IMG/VR virus record: IMGVR_UViG_3300032030_000028
Span: 1 to 64,000 of that record
Length of the DNA: 64,000 bases
From: a virus
Lineage: Duplodnaviria > Caudoviricetes
Reading direction: 5' to 3' (one strand)
Shown here: positions 20,130 to 29,339 of the stretch, piece after piece
How positions within the stretch are numbered: position 1 is the stretch's first letter
How the letters are laid out: the number at the start of each line of letters is the position of its first letter
Notes under the pieces: model-generated
Databases searched by the model: none
What the model saw: only the letters and a program-made list of their open reading frames with translations
Told to the model about the DNA's origin: nothing
Program-made: the position numbers and the translations under genes

Positions 20130-20306
20130 ATGGAAGAAATTAAAAACATCCTGGGCGATTCGTTTGACGACTTTATGTCGGAATTTAAATCTATTATTCA
20201 TAGTGGACGTCATCCATTCGATCAATATTCCGAGATAGAAGAACTTTTATTTGATTATGGATTAGAATTAGATTATTTGGAAGTATTGCTTCCAGTCACG
20301 ATTTAA
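20130..20306 (+). CDS. Small hypothetical protein
   Basis: ATG downstream of promoter motif at 20076-20102. Confidence 0.6.
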   Translation: MEEIKNILGDSFDDFMSEFKSIIHSGRHPFDQYSEIEELLFDYGLELDYLEVLLPVTI

Positions 20307-20349
20307 TTTCTCGAAAATTTTGTTTATATAAATTCAAAATTATATAGTT

Positions 20350-20985
20350 ATGCGAATTAGAAAACAATACAGCATCGAGATGGGGCATCTGGTTAGGAAT
20401 TGTTCCTCCGAAAGATGTGCTTTTTCCCAGCACGGACACTCCGCCATTATAGAAGTAATTCTGAGTGCAAGTGCATTGGATAATGCCGGAATGGTTTATG
20501 ACTTCGGCCTAATGAAGGGCACTATCAAGCAGTTTATTGATTCTTTTGATCACTGCTATGTCTTCTGGAACAAGGAATCCGATGAATTTAAAGATTATAT
20601 TAAGAAATTCAATCGCCGATGGATAGAGACAAACTTCAACCCTACGGCTGAGAACCTGGCATTGTTTTTCCACGGCTGGATAGAATATATTCTTTCCAAA
20701 ACCGGAAAGCACAACAATGAAAGCCCGGATTTACACGTAGCTTCCGTTATCTATCATGAGACCGCTACCGGATATGCTCAGACGGAGTATGATGATGTGG
20801 ATATGATTTTTGATGATTCTTTCAAATACAACCATATCAGTCCCAGATTGAAGATATCCGATGTTTCCGAGCATGTCACCAAGGACTGGTCTAATGATCT
20901 TAAATCAATCATGCACCCCACCAGCATGGATTCCGATGGTGCTATTGTAGATAATCCGTTCCCATTCCATCAAATTGAAAATTAA
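20350..20985 (+). CDS. queD: 6-carboxytetrahydropterin synthase
   Basis: H..R.C...C...HGHS, GMVYDFG, FDH, NPTAENLA, YHETATGYA. Confidence 0.9.
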   Translation: MRIRKQYSIEMGHLVRNCSSERCAFSQHGHSAIIEVILSASALDNAGMVYDFGLMKGTIKQFIDSFDHCYVFWNKESDEFKDYIKKFNRRWIETNFNPTAENLALFFHGWIEYILSKTGKHNNESPDLHVASVIYHETATGYAQTEYDDVDMIFDDSFKYNHISPRLKISDVSEHVTKDWSNDLKSIMHPTSMDSDGAIVDNPFPFHQIEN

Positions 20986-21012
20986 AAAACGTTAAATTAA
21001 ATTTTATAAAAA

Positions 21013-21930
21013 ATGAGTAATTTAGATAATCCTTTATTTGAAAGTGTGTGTGATCTTCTGGGTGTCGATAAAAAAGCCTTTGAAAAGCACTTAAAAGATT
21101 CCATGTCTAATATGACTTTTAATGCAATGAAAGAAGCTCCGGCGGAGACTCCGGTAATTAATCACGATGATCTACCAAATCGTATGAACCCTGGTGGTAA
21201 GTCAGATAATCAGCTGAAGGCTGAGGGTTGGAAACTATCCGAAGATTTTGAAAAACGCGAGGATGGTGCTTATGTCTGTAAGAGAGTCTGGACTAAGTCC
21301 GAAGAAACCCCTAAATGCAATTGCGAAAAAGAAACTCCTGACATTTCGGATAATCATCTGAGATTCGATATGCTAACGGTGGACGATTGGATGGATACTA
21401 TGAACTGGACTCTGCTTGATAATTGGGAGCCTATGAAAGCGGCTATGCTTGCCAAGCTTCCCGGTGCCGAAGATGAAATTGAATCTATTCTGAATTTTGT
21501 AAAATTCATTCTTCAAGGGTCCACACAAAGCAATACGACTTCGGTTTCGGATCTATGGAATACATTTCCTTCTAAGAATGCTTATTCTACAGCGGAGATT
21601 TTAGATCATATCATTCAAGATATTATCGAAACCGCCAAGGAAAACGAACTAGACGTTGTTGCCCGGATGAACAATCTCTGTCCCGAAGCTTGCAATGCTT
21701 TTATCAAAAGACTGTCTAACTATAAAAAATACTTAGAAGAAGAACTTGAAAACGTCACGGATTCCGTTGATTATATTGAACCTCAATATCATCACGCCAA
21801 CATAGTAACACCCTATTTTGAATCTTCATTGTATTCTATGATCTATTTGTGGTATTCTCTCATTACCGAATATCTCGCGGAACTGATCGAGATTGCTAAC
21901 AAGATTCTTTCTGCTAACAAGGTCCTTTAA
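21013..21930 (+). CDS. Hypothetical protein
   Basis: 305-aa ORF followed by terminator-like hairpin 21919-21941. Confidence 0.75.
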   Translation: MSNLDNPLFESVCDLLGVDKKAFEKHLKDSMSNMTFNAMKEAPAETPVINHDDLPNRMNPGGKSDNQLKAEGWKLSEDFEKREDGAYVCKRVWTKSEETPKCNCEKETPDISDNHLRFDMLTVDDWMDTMNWTLLDNWEPMKAAMLAKLPGAEDEIESILNFVKFILQGSTQSNTTSVSDLWNTFPSKNAYSTAEILDHIIQDIIETAKENELDVVARMNNLCPEACNAFIKRLSNYKKYLEEELENVTDSVDYIEPQYHHANIVTPYFESSLYSMIYLWYSLITEYLAELIEIANKILSANKVL

Positions 21931-21989
21931 GGACCTTTTTTAATATCCGACGATAATCATATATATTACATTATAAAATTTTATAAGAT

Positions 21990-22736
21990 ATGAAAAATGA
22001 CATTAGTTTTGACAAACAAGCGGTAATCAGTTTCTCCGGTGGCATGGACAGCACCTGCCTGATGATGTATCTTCTCTCTAAAGGATATAAGGTCAATGCA
22101 TACAGCTTTGATTATGGTCAGGCACATTCCGTCGAACTTCGGCTTGCTAAGAAGAATATCAAGTATCTGCAAAGCCTGGGATTGCCGGTAGAACACCAAG
22201 TTATAAATCTTCGGGATGTCTTCTCCGGGGATACCAGCACGCTGGTGAGACATGAGAAGTCTCCGGAAGGAGACTATAGAGAAGAGACTATGAAACAAAC
22301 TTTCGTAAATAACCGCAATTGTATATTCAGCGCTATCATCTTTGCTAAAGCACTATCATTAGCACGTCCGACACATCAAAACGTCCTGATTTCGATGGGA
22401 TTACACAGTGGAGATCATTTTATTTACCTTGACGCGCGGGAAGAATCAGTCAATATGGCCCGCGAACTGTTCCGTATTTCCAACTGGGACTCCGAACTGG
22501 TGGAATATGATGCCCCATTCGTGAATATCAGCAAGTCCGAGGTTCTCGGTAAGGGCCTGGAAGCTATGAAGGCACTGGGCATGACCAAATCTCAGATCAA
22601 TAAAGTGCTCAAAAATACTATGACTTGCTATAATGCCACACCGGACGGGAAAGCATGTGGTAAGTGCGGATCATGCAATGAAAGACTACAAAGTTTCCAA
22701 GATAATAATATGAAAGACCCTATTCAGTATGTATAA
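21990..22736 (+). CDS. queC: 7-cyano-7-deazaguanine synthase
   Basis: SGGMDST, FDYGQ.H..EL, TFV.NRN, T.TCY, CGKCGSC.ER. Confidence 0.95.
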   Translation: MKNDISFDKQAVISFSGGMDSTCLMMYLLSKGYKVNAYSFDYGQAHSVELRLAKKNIKYLQSLGLPVEHQVINLRDVFSGDTSTLVRHEKSPEGDYREETMKQTFVNNRNCIFSAIIFAKALSLARPTHQNVLISMGLHSGDHFIYLDAREESVNMARELFRISNWDSELVEYDAPFVNISKSEVLGKGLEAMKALGMTKSQINKVLKNTMTCYNATPDGKACGKCGSCNERLQSFQDNNMKDPIQYV

Positions 22737-22830
22737 GTAACTGATTTTTAATTTATTAGCAGAAATAACATTTCTATCAAAGTTATTCTAAACCAAAATC
22801 CGGACGACCCAAAAAGAAATAACCTATTAC

Positions 22831-22857
22831 AAGACCTCTTCGGAGGTCTTTTTTTTA
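22831..22857 (+). terminator. Rho-independent terminator
   Basis: AAGACCTC-TTCG-GAGGTCTT + T tract. Confidence 0.8.
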
Positions 22858-22878
22858 TTATTAAAAAAATATCATATA

Positions 22879-23268
22879 ATGAAAACACTGCAAGAATCCA
22901 TAATTGGAAGAAAGGGATCTTATCGAAAAATAAAAATATCTGATCTAAAACCCGGTGATGTATTAAAAATTGAAGGCGATTATCACCCGTATGAATATTT
23001 CTTATTAATATCAGGAGATGACTATTATAAATTATTCAAAGACAGATCCGCAGATTTGGTCATAGTGATGGATTCTAGCGGGGGGTGGTTTACTCCGTTA
23101 TGGGACGAGCATTTTAAAAATACAGATAAGGATTTCCTAGAAAATGGGGATATCCTCGAAATATTTCCGGATGCATTGGATGAAAGAAAAAGAAGGGCTA
23201 AAAAATTTTATAGCTCGGTAGAATTGGAAATCATGTGCATGAATCTTCCATCAATAAAAGTAAATTAA
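22879..23268 (+). CDS. ESIIGRKG-tag family protein (paralog of 24468-24875)
   Basis: MKTLQESIIGRKG; KISDLKPGDVLKI and LLISGDDYYKLFK shared. Confidence 0.85.
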   Translation: MKTLQESIIGRKGSYRKIKISDLKPGDVLKIEGDYHPYEYFLLISGDDYYKLFKDRSADLVIVMDSSGGWFTPLWDEHFKNTDKDFLENGDILEIFPDALDERKRRAKKFYSSVELEIMCMNLPSIKVN

Positions 23269-23269
23269 T

Positions 23270-23707
23270 ATGAAAACGCTATCTGAAGCTATAGTAGGTC
23301 GAACGGCAAAATTTACACCGGGTTATAATAAATATTTTAAAATACCCGGAAAATTAGAATGGCACTTTGAAAGCCGGGATAATGATTTTACTGGAGATCT
23401 GAATTTGACCTCCGAAAAATGGCTGGCTTTTTATAGTAATGAAGTTATATTATTCTGGGCTCCCGATGTAGAATGGTATCCGTTTTTCTTCATAGAAGAA
23501 TATAAAAAACTCAAAGATCGTGCTTGGTTGCTGACGGGTCCGGCTGATTTTGATCATGACTATAAAGACCCGGAATTTATATATAACGATCTGGTATCAT
23601 ATATGGACGCACAACTCCAATACATTCCGCTGATTTCCGACATGAGCAAGGTGGATATTCCGAAAAAAGCTATTGACGCTATTGAAAGAATTCTTAGAAG
23701 AACATAA
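23270..23707 (+). CDS. ESIIGRKG-tag family protein, variant tag (paralog of 24877-25299)
   Basis: MKTLSEAIVGRT; IPGK, W.P...YP.F shared. Confidence 0.8.
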   Translation: MKTLSEAIVGRTAKFTPGYNKYFKIPGKLEWHFESRDNDFTGDLNLTSEKWLAFYSNEVILFWAPDVEWYPFFFIEEYKKLKDRAWLLTGPADFDHDYKDPEFIYNDLVSYMDAQLQYIPLISDMSKVDIPKKAIDAIERILRRT

Positions 23708-23717
23708 AATTTATAAT

Positions 23718-24044
23718 ATGAAAACGTTAACAGAATCTATAATAGGGAGAAAAAATACTCAATCTCGGTCAATCTGGTATAATAAAGAACCCAAATTATC
23801 CCGAGATGAAATAATCGGAGATATTGAAGATTGTATAGGCAATGTCCGCGACAATAATAATTATCTGCGTGGATTGAAGGATCCGGAGGTTAATTATGCC
23901 GAATACGTTGCAGGTGTTCTAAATATTGCAGCCAGATGCAAAGATAAGAAAATATCCGATATAGCTAAAAAATACTTACATAATTCTCCCGATGAAGGAC
24001 TTTTTGATGGGGTAATCGCCATATCGCAATTACTAGGAATTTAA
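23718..24044 (+). CDS. ESIIGRKG-tag family protein
   Basis: Start re-called at MKTLTESIIGRKN. Confidence 0.8.
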   Translation: MKTLTESIIGRKNTQSRSIWYNKEPKLSRDEIIGDIEDCIGNVRDNNNYLRGLKDPEVNYAEYVAGVLNIAARCKDKKISDIAKKYLHNSPDEGLFDGVIAISQLLGI

Positions 24045-24057
24045 GCTATAAAAAATC

Positions 24058-24471
24058 ATGAAACACATTCAAGAATCTATAATAGGAAGCAAAGGAACTC
24101 CTCTACAGGATTGGCATACCGGGGATCTTGTGTATATGAACATCAATGGCCCCAATAGGCCCGGACACCTGGAATATGTTTGGGTGTATTTGGATAAATT
24201 TGAAGCTAAAAGACGGATAAATGAATTCGAAACAAATAACAAATTGCGAGGGTATATTCTATCCGGAAAATCCGTATTTGTACAGCCCAGCAATACCGCA
24301 ATCCAGAATGCCCACGGGCGCAGTGTCCGGTGCGATTATGAATATGTTGGGCAGGATTCGGAAAAATTTTTATCCAATTTTGCACAGGAACTGATCAGGA
24401 TGGATCGGCTGAATTTGGATCCTAAAAAAACCATACTAGAAAATTTAGAAGAAAACAATTACGGACTATGA
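24058..24471 (+). CDS. ESIIGRKG-tag family protein
   Basis: MKHIQESIIGSKG. Confidence 0.8.
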   Translation: MKHIQESIIGSKGTPLQDWHTGDLVYMNINGPNRPGHLEYVWVYLDKFEAKRRINEFETNNKLRGYILSGKSVFVQPSNTAIQNAHGRSVRCDYEYVGQDSEKFLSNFAQELIRMDRLNLDPKKTILENLEENNYGL

Positions 24472-24875
24472 AGACATTACAAGAATCTATAATAGGAAGG
24501 AAGGGATCTTATCAAAAAATGAAAATCTCTGATTTAAAACCCGGAGATGTGCTGAAGATTAAAAGTGATTATGATGGTTCACGTGAATATGATTATCTTT
24601 TATTAATATCCGGTGATGATTATTATAAATTATTCAAACGAAATTACGCCGATTTAGTTATAATAGTAGATCCTTATAGTGGTCGTATTACCCCGAGTGA
24701 AATTTGGGATGATCAGTTTAAAAATAAACGCAAACCATATTATCTCGAGCACGGAGATATTATAGAGATATACCCTCAAGTTTTAAATGAAAAAGAAAGA
24801 AGATCTAAGAAATTTTATAGTGCCAAAGAACTAGAAAGAATATGTTGGGGCCTTCCATCAATAAAAGTAAATTAA
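24468..24875 (+). CDS. ESIIGRKG-tag family protein
   Basis: MKTLQESIIGRKG. Confidence 0.85.
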   Translation: MKTLQESIIGRKGSYQKMKISDLKPGDVLKIKSDYDGSREYDYLLLISGDDYYKLFKRNYADLVIIVDPYSGRITPSEIWDDQFKNKRKPYYLEHGDIIEIYPQVLNEKERRSKKFYSAKELERICWGLPSIKVN

Positions 24876-24876
24876 T

Positions 24877-25299
24877 ATGAAGACATTACAAGAATCTATA
24901 ATAGGAAAAAAGGGATCGAAAAGCAAATTTCTCCATATTCCTGGCAAGATAATGCTTAAATATGAAAAGGATGACGGCAGCTGGGACGGTAAGGATTATT
25001 GCGATGGGTGGTATGTGTTCATCAATCCCGAAGAACAAATATTATTATTGTGGTCTCCGGAAGCGACATATTATCCATATTTTTACTATGATACTAGATC
25101 TAGTTGGGATCAAATAAAAACAGAAACTTGGGATTTATTAGAGGGAGTACCTGATATAAAAACACCGGAAGATATGTATGATTTTATGACGGATGTAGAT
25201 AAATGGAATGAGGTTACTGTATATGCCACTATTTTTAATGTTTATATAGATATACCAGGTAATGTTATACGAGATATTCGTAGATATACCGGATTATAA
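24877..25299 (+). CDS. ESIIGRKG-tag family protein
   Basis: MKTLQESIIGKKG. Confidence 0.8.
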   Translation: MKTLQESIIGKKGSKSKFLHIPGKIMLKYEKDDGSWDGKDYCDGWYVFINPEEQILLLWSPEATYYPYFYYDTRSSWDQIKTETWDLLEGVPDIKTPEDMYDFMTDVDKWNEVTVYATIFNVYIDIPGNVIRDIRRYTGL

Positions 25300-25391
25300 A
25301 ATACATCATATCAAAGGACTCCAGCGGAGCTCTTTTTTTCACCTTAATGTCCGGCGGAATCGGATTATATATAGCTATAAAATCATATTAT

Positions 25392-25730
25392 ATGGAATTA
25401 GCTATATCCGACAATCACCGGCATGAATATCCTATAGAGAAGTTCTGGTATACCAAACATAACGGACATTCTATAGAATATATTATAGATCACGATATCT
25501 CTTTCTTCGAATGGGCGGTAAGAGTATTTCAAGATGTCACCCCACATCAAGCGGAATATTATTATAAAAAATCCGGAAAGAAGGTTCCGGTATCCTGTAT
25601 AAAAGCGGTTGTTCCATATGTATGGGAATCCGGAGATCCGGAAAGATTATATATGGAATTATGCGAGTCCGGCGATCTAGAAAAAGTGTTGTTCAAATAT
25701 CGCTCCGGAAATCAATTAGATTTATTTTAA
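25392..25730 (+). CDS. Hypothetical protein
   Basis: Start re-called at MELAISD, downstream of promoter motif 25344-25371. Confidence 0.7.
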   Translation: MELAISDNHRHEYPIEKFWYTKHNGHSIEYIIDHDISFFEWAVRVFQDVTPHQAEYYYKKSGKKVPVSCIKAVVPYVWESGDPERLYMELCESGDLEKVLFKYRSGNQLDLF

Positions 25731-25741
25731 CGCGATATTTT

Positions 25742-25792
25742 AAGCGATATCTATCTTGAATATATACTTATATCATTTTGATACGATCGCTT
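25742..25792. repeat. Dispersed 51-bp inverted-repeat element, copy 2
   Basis: AAGCGATA-N35-GATCGCTT; pairing extends 25734-25800. Confidence 0.8.
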
Positions 25793-25836
25793 AAAATATC
25801 AGTATTTATGCGCGATATAAATATAAATTTCAATAT

Positions 25837-26064
25837 ATGGCAAAACAACAACCAATAGAAATAGATGCTACCGTAACGGAGGCATTGGGTAATGGAATAT
25901 TCCGATGTGAACTAGAAAACGGTCATGAAGTGATCGCTCATCTCTCCGGTAAGATGCGAACCAAATATATCCGGACCATCCCCGGCGACCGGGTGAAATT
26001 AGAAATGTCCCCATATGATCTGACCAAGGGGAGGATTTCTTATAGATATAAAACAGGGTCTTAA
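25837..26064 (+). CDS. infA: Translation initiation factor IF-1
   Basis: [39 protein letters not shown]. Confidence 0.97.
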   Translation: MAKQQPIEIDATVTEALGNGIFRCELENGHEVIAHLSGKMRTKYIRTIPGDRVKLEMSPYDLTKGRISYRYKTGS

Positions 26065-26113
26065 AATTTCTTAAAAAGAAACTTGAAAAGAATCTTAAAA
26101 AATCATAAAAGAA

Positions 26114-26599
26114 ATGTTAAAATATACAGATACACAAGTAGTATTCAGAGAGTTTCCAGGTGAGATAACACTGGCTATCAATATCTCGGGATGTCCTAAC
26201 CGGTGTCCGGGGTGCCATAGTCCGGAACTACAAAGAGATGTTGGGCAAGAACTGAATTGGGATACTCTGAAGGAACTTATCGAAAAGAACCCAGGTATCA
26301 CTTGTGTAGGTTTCATGGGGGGCGATAATGATCCGATATTGATTAAATATCTAGCATATATGGTTAGAACCCGAACTGATTTAAAAGTAGGGTGGTATAC
26401 CGGTATCGGACATGCATATACTATGAGAGAAATGGATTTTGTAAAAATCGGATTATATAAAGAAGAATTCGGACCTTTAGATAAACCTACTACTAATCAG
26501 ATATATCTTGAAAGACAACCTAATGGAGATTGGAGGGACCGGACTGACAAGTTTTGGGTTCATAAAAATTCGGAGAATGACTCCGATCAAAATTCTTAA
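26114..26599 (+). CDS. nrdG: Anaerobic ribonucleotide reductase activating protein (radical SAM)
   Basis: E.PGEITLAINISGCP.RCPGCHS, FMGGD, KIG.Y.EEFGPL..PTTNQ. Confidence 0.8.
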   Translation: MLKYTDTQVVFREFPGEITLAINISGCPNRCPGCHSPELQRDVGQELNWDTLKELIEKNPGITCVGFMGGDNDPILIKYLAYMVRTRTDLKVGWYTGIGHAYTMREMDFVKIGLYKEEFGPLDKPTTNQIYLERQPNGDWRDRTDKFWVHKNSENDSDQNS

Positions 26600-26648
26600 A
26601 TAATATTCATTGAAATTTTATATATTTTCATACTAAATATCAAGAAAT

Positions 26649-27800
26649 ATGCCAATCAAGAAAAGTGAAATCAAGACGGAGCTGGATCAGCTCAAATATG
26701 ACTACATGAGAGCCTATCAACGGATGTGGGAGGCTCGGAAACGCGGAAAGGATCTTAAAGAATATGAAAAATGCCTAGCCGGAATCAAAGAGAAGATGGA
26801 TAAGATCACGGGACTGGCACCCGGACACAGAACCGTACACGAGCTCGATCGTAGCGAGTATAAAAAAGAGTTCGTGCCCGATAAAGACTATCTAGAGTCT
26901 ATGCCGGATCTTCAAAATTCTCAATTCATCGGAACTCCTATCGATTTTGTGGGTATTGAAGGAATGAGAATTCCTTTGAAGATCAAGCAGAAAAAGGGAG
27001 GAACCCAAGAAGTAGTCTGCGATGTCACCGGTACGGTCTCCCTAGATGCCGCCAAACGCGGTATCAATATGAGTCGCATCCTCCGCTCTCTGCAGAAGAC
27101 CACTAAAGGAGCTGCTACCTTCGACATCAACGATCTGGAAAAAGTCCTGAAAGCCTATCAGAAAGACTTGGATACCTTTGATGCCCACATCTTAGTGAAC
27201 TTCCCATACCGTCTTTGGCAACCCAGTCTGCGCAGTGTAGATGAAGACGGCGAACCCAATGGAGGCTGGCAATATTATAATGTCACCTTTGACTGCAACC
27301 TGGATGTCGATGGAGAATTCAAAAAGATCATCTGGTTCGATTATGTATATTCTTCCGCCTGTCCTTGTTCTACGGAGCTTTCCATGCATGCTCAGGAGAC
27401 CCGCGGAGTGTATGCCATCCCACATTCTCAGAGAAGCGTAGCTCGCATAGGTATCGAGATGGGCAACACACTGGTCTGGATTGAAGATATCCTGGCTATG
27501 TGCAAGAAGGCTATCCCTACAGAAACCCAAGTTTTTGTCAAGAGAGAAGATGAGCAGGCTTTTGCTGAGATGAATGGGGCCAATACTATCTTTGTGGAAG
27601 ATGCTGTCCGGAAGCTGAGTGTTATCTTGGAAGACAATGCGGCGGTGATGGATTATAAGATTATCTGTTCTCATGCGGAGAGTCTCCACAGTCATCAGGC
27701 CACCGCGGTTATCACCCGAGGTCGACATCGCACTGGAGCCGCTTCTATCTTCAACCACCATGTCTCATTAGAGGAGTGGAAGTCTATAAGTCATAATTGA
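26649..27800 (+). CDS. folE2: GTP cyclohydrolase IB (FolE2/MptA family) with N-terminal extension
   Basis: RGINMSR, SSACPCS, PHSQRS, VKREDE, FVEDAVR, ESLHSH. Confidence 0.9.
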   Translation: MPIKKSEIKTELDQLKYDYMRAYQRMWEARKRGKDLKEYEKCLAGIKEKMDKITGLAPGHRTVHELDRSEYKKEFVPDKDYLESMPDLQNSQFIGTPIDFVGIEGMRIPLKIKQKKGGTQEVVCDVTGTVSLDAAKRGINMSRILRSLQKTTKGAATFDINDLEKVLKAYQKDLDTFDAHILVNFPYRLWQPSLRSVDEDGEPNGGWQYYNVTFDCNLDVDGEFKKIIWFDYVYSSACPCSTELSMHAQETRGVYAIPHSQRSVARIGIEMGNTLVWIEDILAMCKKAIPTETQVFVKREDEQAFAEMNGANTIFVEDAVRKLSVILEDNAAVMDYKIICSHAESLHSHQATAVITRGRHRTGAASIFNHHVSLEEWKSISHN

Positions 27801-27853
27801 TAGGTTAAATTTTTAAAATTTGTTTTATTATATAAATTGAAACAACAAAATAA

Positions 27854-27997
27854 ATGCAACCGAAACTCGGACATATAATGGAAACCGCCGGATGGCAACA
27901 GGAAAGCTCTTTGAGAGCTCGCATGAGTGTGCCATGTCAAAATTTAGGAGATAATTATGTTTCCTTTATTGACAAATCCGTCGAAAATTCCCGTTGA
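27854..27997 (+). CDS. Putative 47-aa leader peptide upstream of the tRNA array
   Basis: MQPKLGHIMETAGWQQESSLRARMSVPCQNLGDNYVSFIDKSVENSR-TGA; A-rich upstream context; followed by terminator. Confidence 0.55.
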   Translation: MQPKLGHIMETAGWQQESSLRARMSVPCQNLGDNYVSFIDKSVENSR

Positions 27998-28035
27998 AGG
28001 TCCGGGAAAGGAAAACAAGATATACGCAATATAAG

Positions 28036-28070
28036 ATAAGGCCTTCATTTAGAGGGCCTTATTTTTTTTT
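28036..28070 (+). terminator. Terminator / possible attenuator
   Basis: ATAAGGCCTTC-ATTTA-GAGGGCCTTAT + T tract. Confidence 0.85.
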
Positions 28071-28145
28071 GACAAAAAAAGCAAGAAAATACCTTAAGAT
28101 TGGATAAAGTGCGTTTATATAAAGATGCAAGATTGAGAAACGCGA

Positions 28146-28179
28146 GAGTTCATTGACATATTGGAAAAGATCATAGATA
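28146..28179 (+). promoter_or_regulatory. boxA-like leader element, copy 1
   Basis: AGTTCATTGACATATTGGAAAAGATCATAGATA downstream of promoter 28094-28121; repeated at 31127-31159. Confidence 0.55.
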
Positions 28180-28281
28180 TAGTAAGATCTATAAAAGCCC
28201 CGAAAGGACCTGTGGGTTCTTTTGCGAGCATAATAAAAGATCTTGGAAGAATCGGAGCGAAAAGGCGAATACTCCGAGATA

Positions 28282-28354
28282 GGGAGATCCTCTAATCGGT
28301 TATAGGAGACCGGTCTGATACACCGGCAATCCGAGTTCGAGTCTCGGCCTCCCT
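28282..28354 (+). tRNA. tRNA-Ile(GAU)
   Basis: CCGGT-CTGATAC-ACCGG anticodon arm; GTTCGAGTC T-loop. Confidence 0.85.
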
Positions 28355-28361
28355 ACAAATA

Positions 28362-28576
28362 TGACCGGACATTCGGTGCACTATGTGAAAGTGTCATTAT
28401 TGTCAAGGTGGTCTGTTTGCCAGCTTTGACGAAAGGATGGAAAAGATGAAAAGCACTACGAAGTTGCAAATTCGTTTGTGTCTGAGTAGTAACCGTGAGG
28501 AGACCTGATCAACCTCCAAAAAGTCGGCTGTCTGTTGGTATTAGTAATATATCGGGTTCGATTCCCGACCGGCCAC
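28362..28576 (+). ncRNA. RNA with tRNA-like acceptor stem and T-arm enclosing a long insert
   Basis: 5' TGACCGG pairs with 3' CCGGCCA (one mismatch); TCGGG-TTCGATT-CCCGA T-arm. Confidence 0.5.
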
Positions 28577-28580
28577 CCAT

Positions 28581-28654
28581 GGTCCCTTAGCTCAGTAGGT
28601 TAGAGCGGCTGACTCATAATCAGCGGGTCGGGGGTTCAAGTCCCTCAGGGACCA
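28581..28654 (+). tRNA. tRNA-Ile2/Met(CAU)
   Basis: GCTGA-CTCATAA-TCAGC. Confidence 0.9.
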
Positions 28655-28760
28655 CTACTAAATGATGATATGCTTCCAAATATCTCGTATAATATGAGGA
28701 GCTTGAGCTGCTTAGGGTAAAGACGTTTGGTAGAACTAAGCCATCATTTATTAAATACAT

Positions 28761-28835
28761 TGCGGGATGGACTGGAGATGGTTCCAGCTCGGTCTCATAA
28801 GCCGAATTACGCGGGTTCGAGTCCCGCTCCCGCTA
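28761..28835 (+). tRNA. tRNA-fMet(CAU)-like
   Basis: TCGGT-CTCATAA-GCCGA; mismatched first acceptor pair. Confidence 0.85.
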
Positions 28836-28948
28836 CTGATCAAGTCCTAAGTGAATAACAGGCACTAGATGCTAGCATACCATCACGGACACAATCCGGT
28901 GAAGTCGAGGGTCACGACGCCGAGGGTCGGACAGTATGCTTTTTATAT

Positions 28949-29023
28949 TGGGGAGTAGCTTCAATTGGTCAGAGCTGCGGCCTGTTAAGCCGATGGTTGT
29001 GGGTTCGAATCCCACCTCCCCAG
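28949..29023 (+). tRNA. tRNA-Asn(GUU)
   Basis: CGGC-CTGTTAA-GCCG. Confidence 0.9.
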
Positions 29024-29081
29024 CAAATATGAATCTCACAGGGCCCGAGATCAATGGTGAGATTCAGAAAGATCTCAAATA

Positions 29082-29178
29082 TGCCGACGTAACACTAACA
29101 GACTGTAAATCTGTCCTGCCTTATCAAATTGGTGTACTGGACTCTGGCAGTAAGGGAGTTCGAATCTCTCCGGCGGCA
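29082..29178 (+). tRNA. Aberrant tRNA-Tyr(GUA): no D-arm, long variable region
   Basis: ACAGA-CTGTAAA-TCTGT directly after an 8-nt linker; normal T-arm and acceptor. Confidence 0.6.
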
Positions 29179-29339
29179 CTAGCAAACTTCACATGTGATA
29201 GCACGTTCCCTACCGGGTGATATAAAAGAGAAGGGATTAGCCGTCTTGGTAGAAATAGGCGGAGGTATGTTCCTGACCTAACTGGTGGAAACAGGGTTAT
29301 TCGTTCTCGAAAGAATGAAGTTCCGTGAGAATCGGAAGT

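Noticed and set aside
3099-25299. Diversity-generating retroelement or integron explaining the tagged arrays
   Set aside because: No reverse transcriptase, TR/VR pair, integrase or attC-like sites between the genes in this window
26114-26599. QueE assignment for the radical SAM gene next to folE2
   Set aside because: Lacks QueE SIQGEG/FVR motifs; matches short NrdG type
28686-28720. Purine riboswitch-like CTCGTATAAT
   Set aside because: Remaining aptamer core (GTTTCTACC) absent
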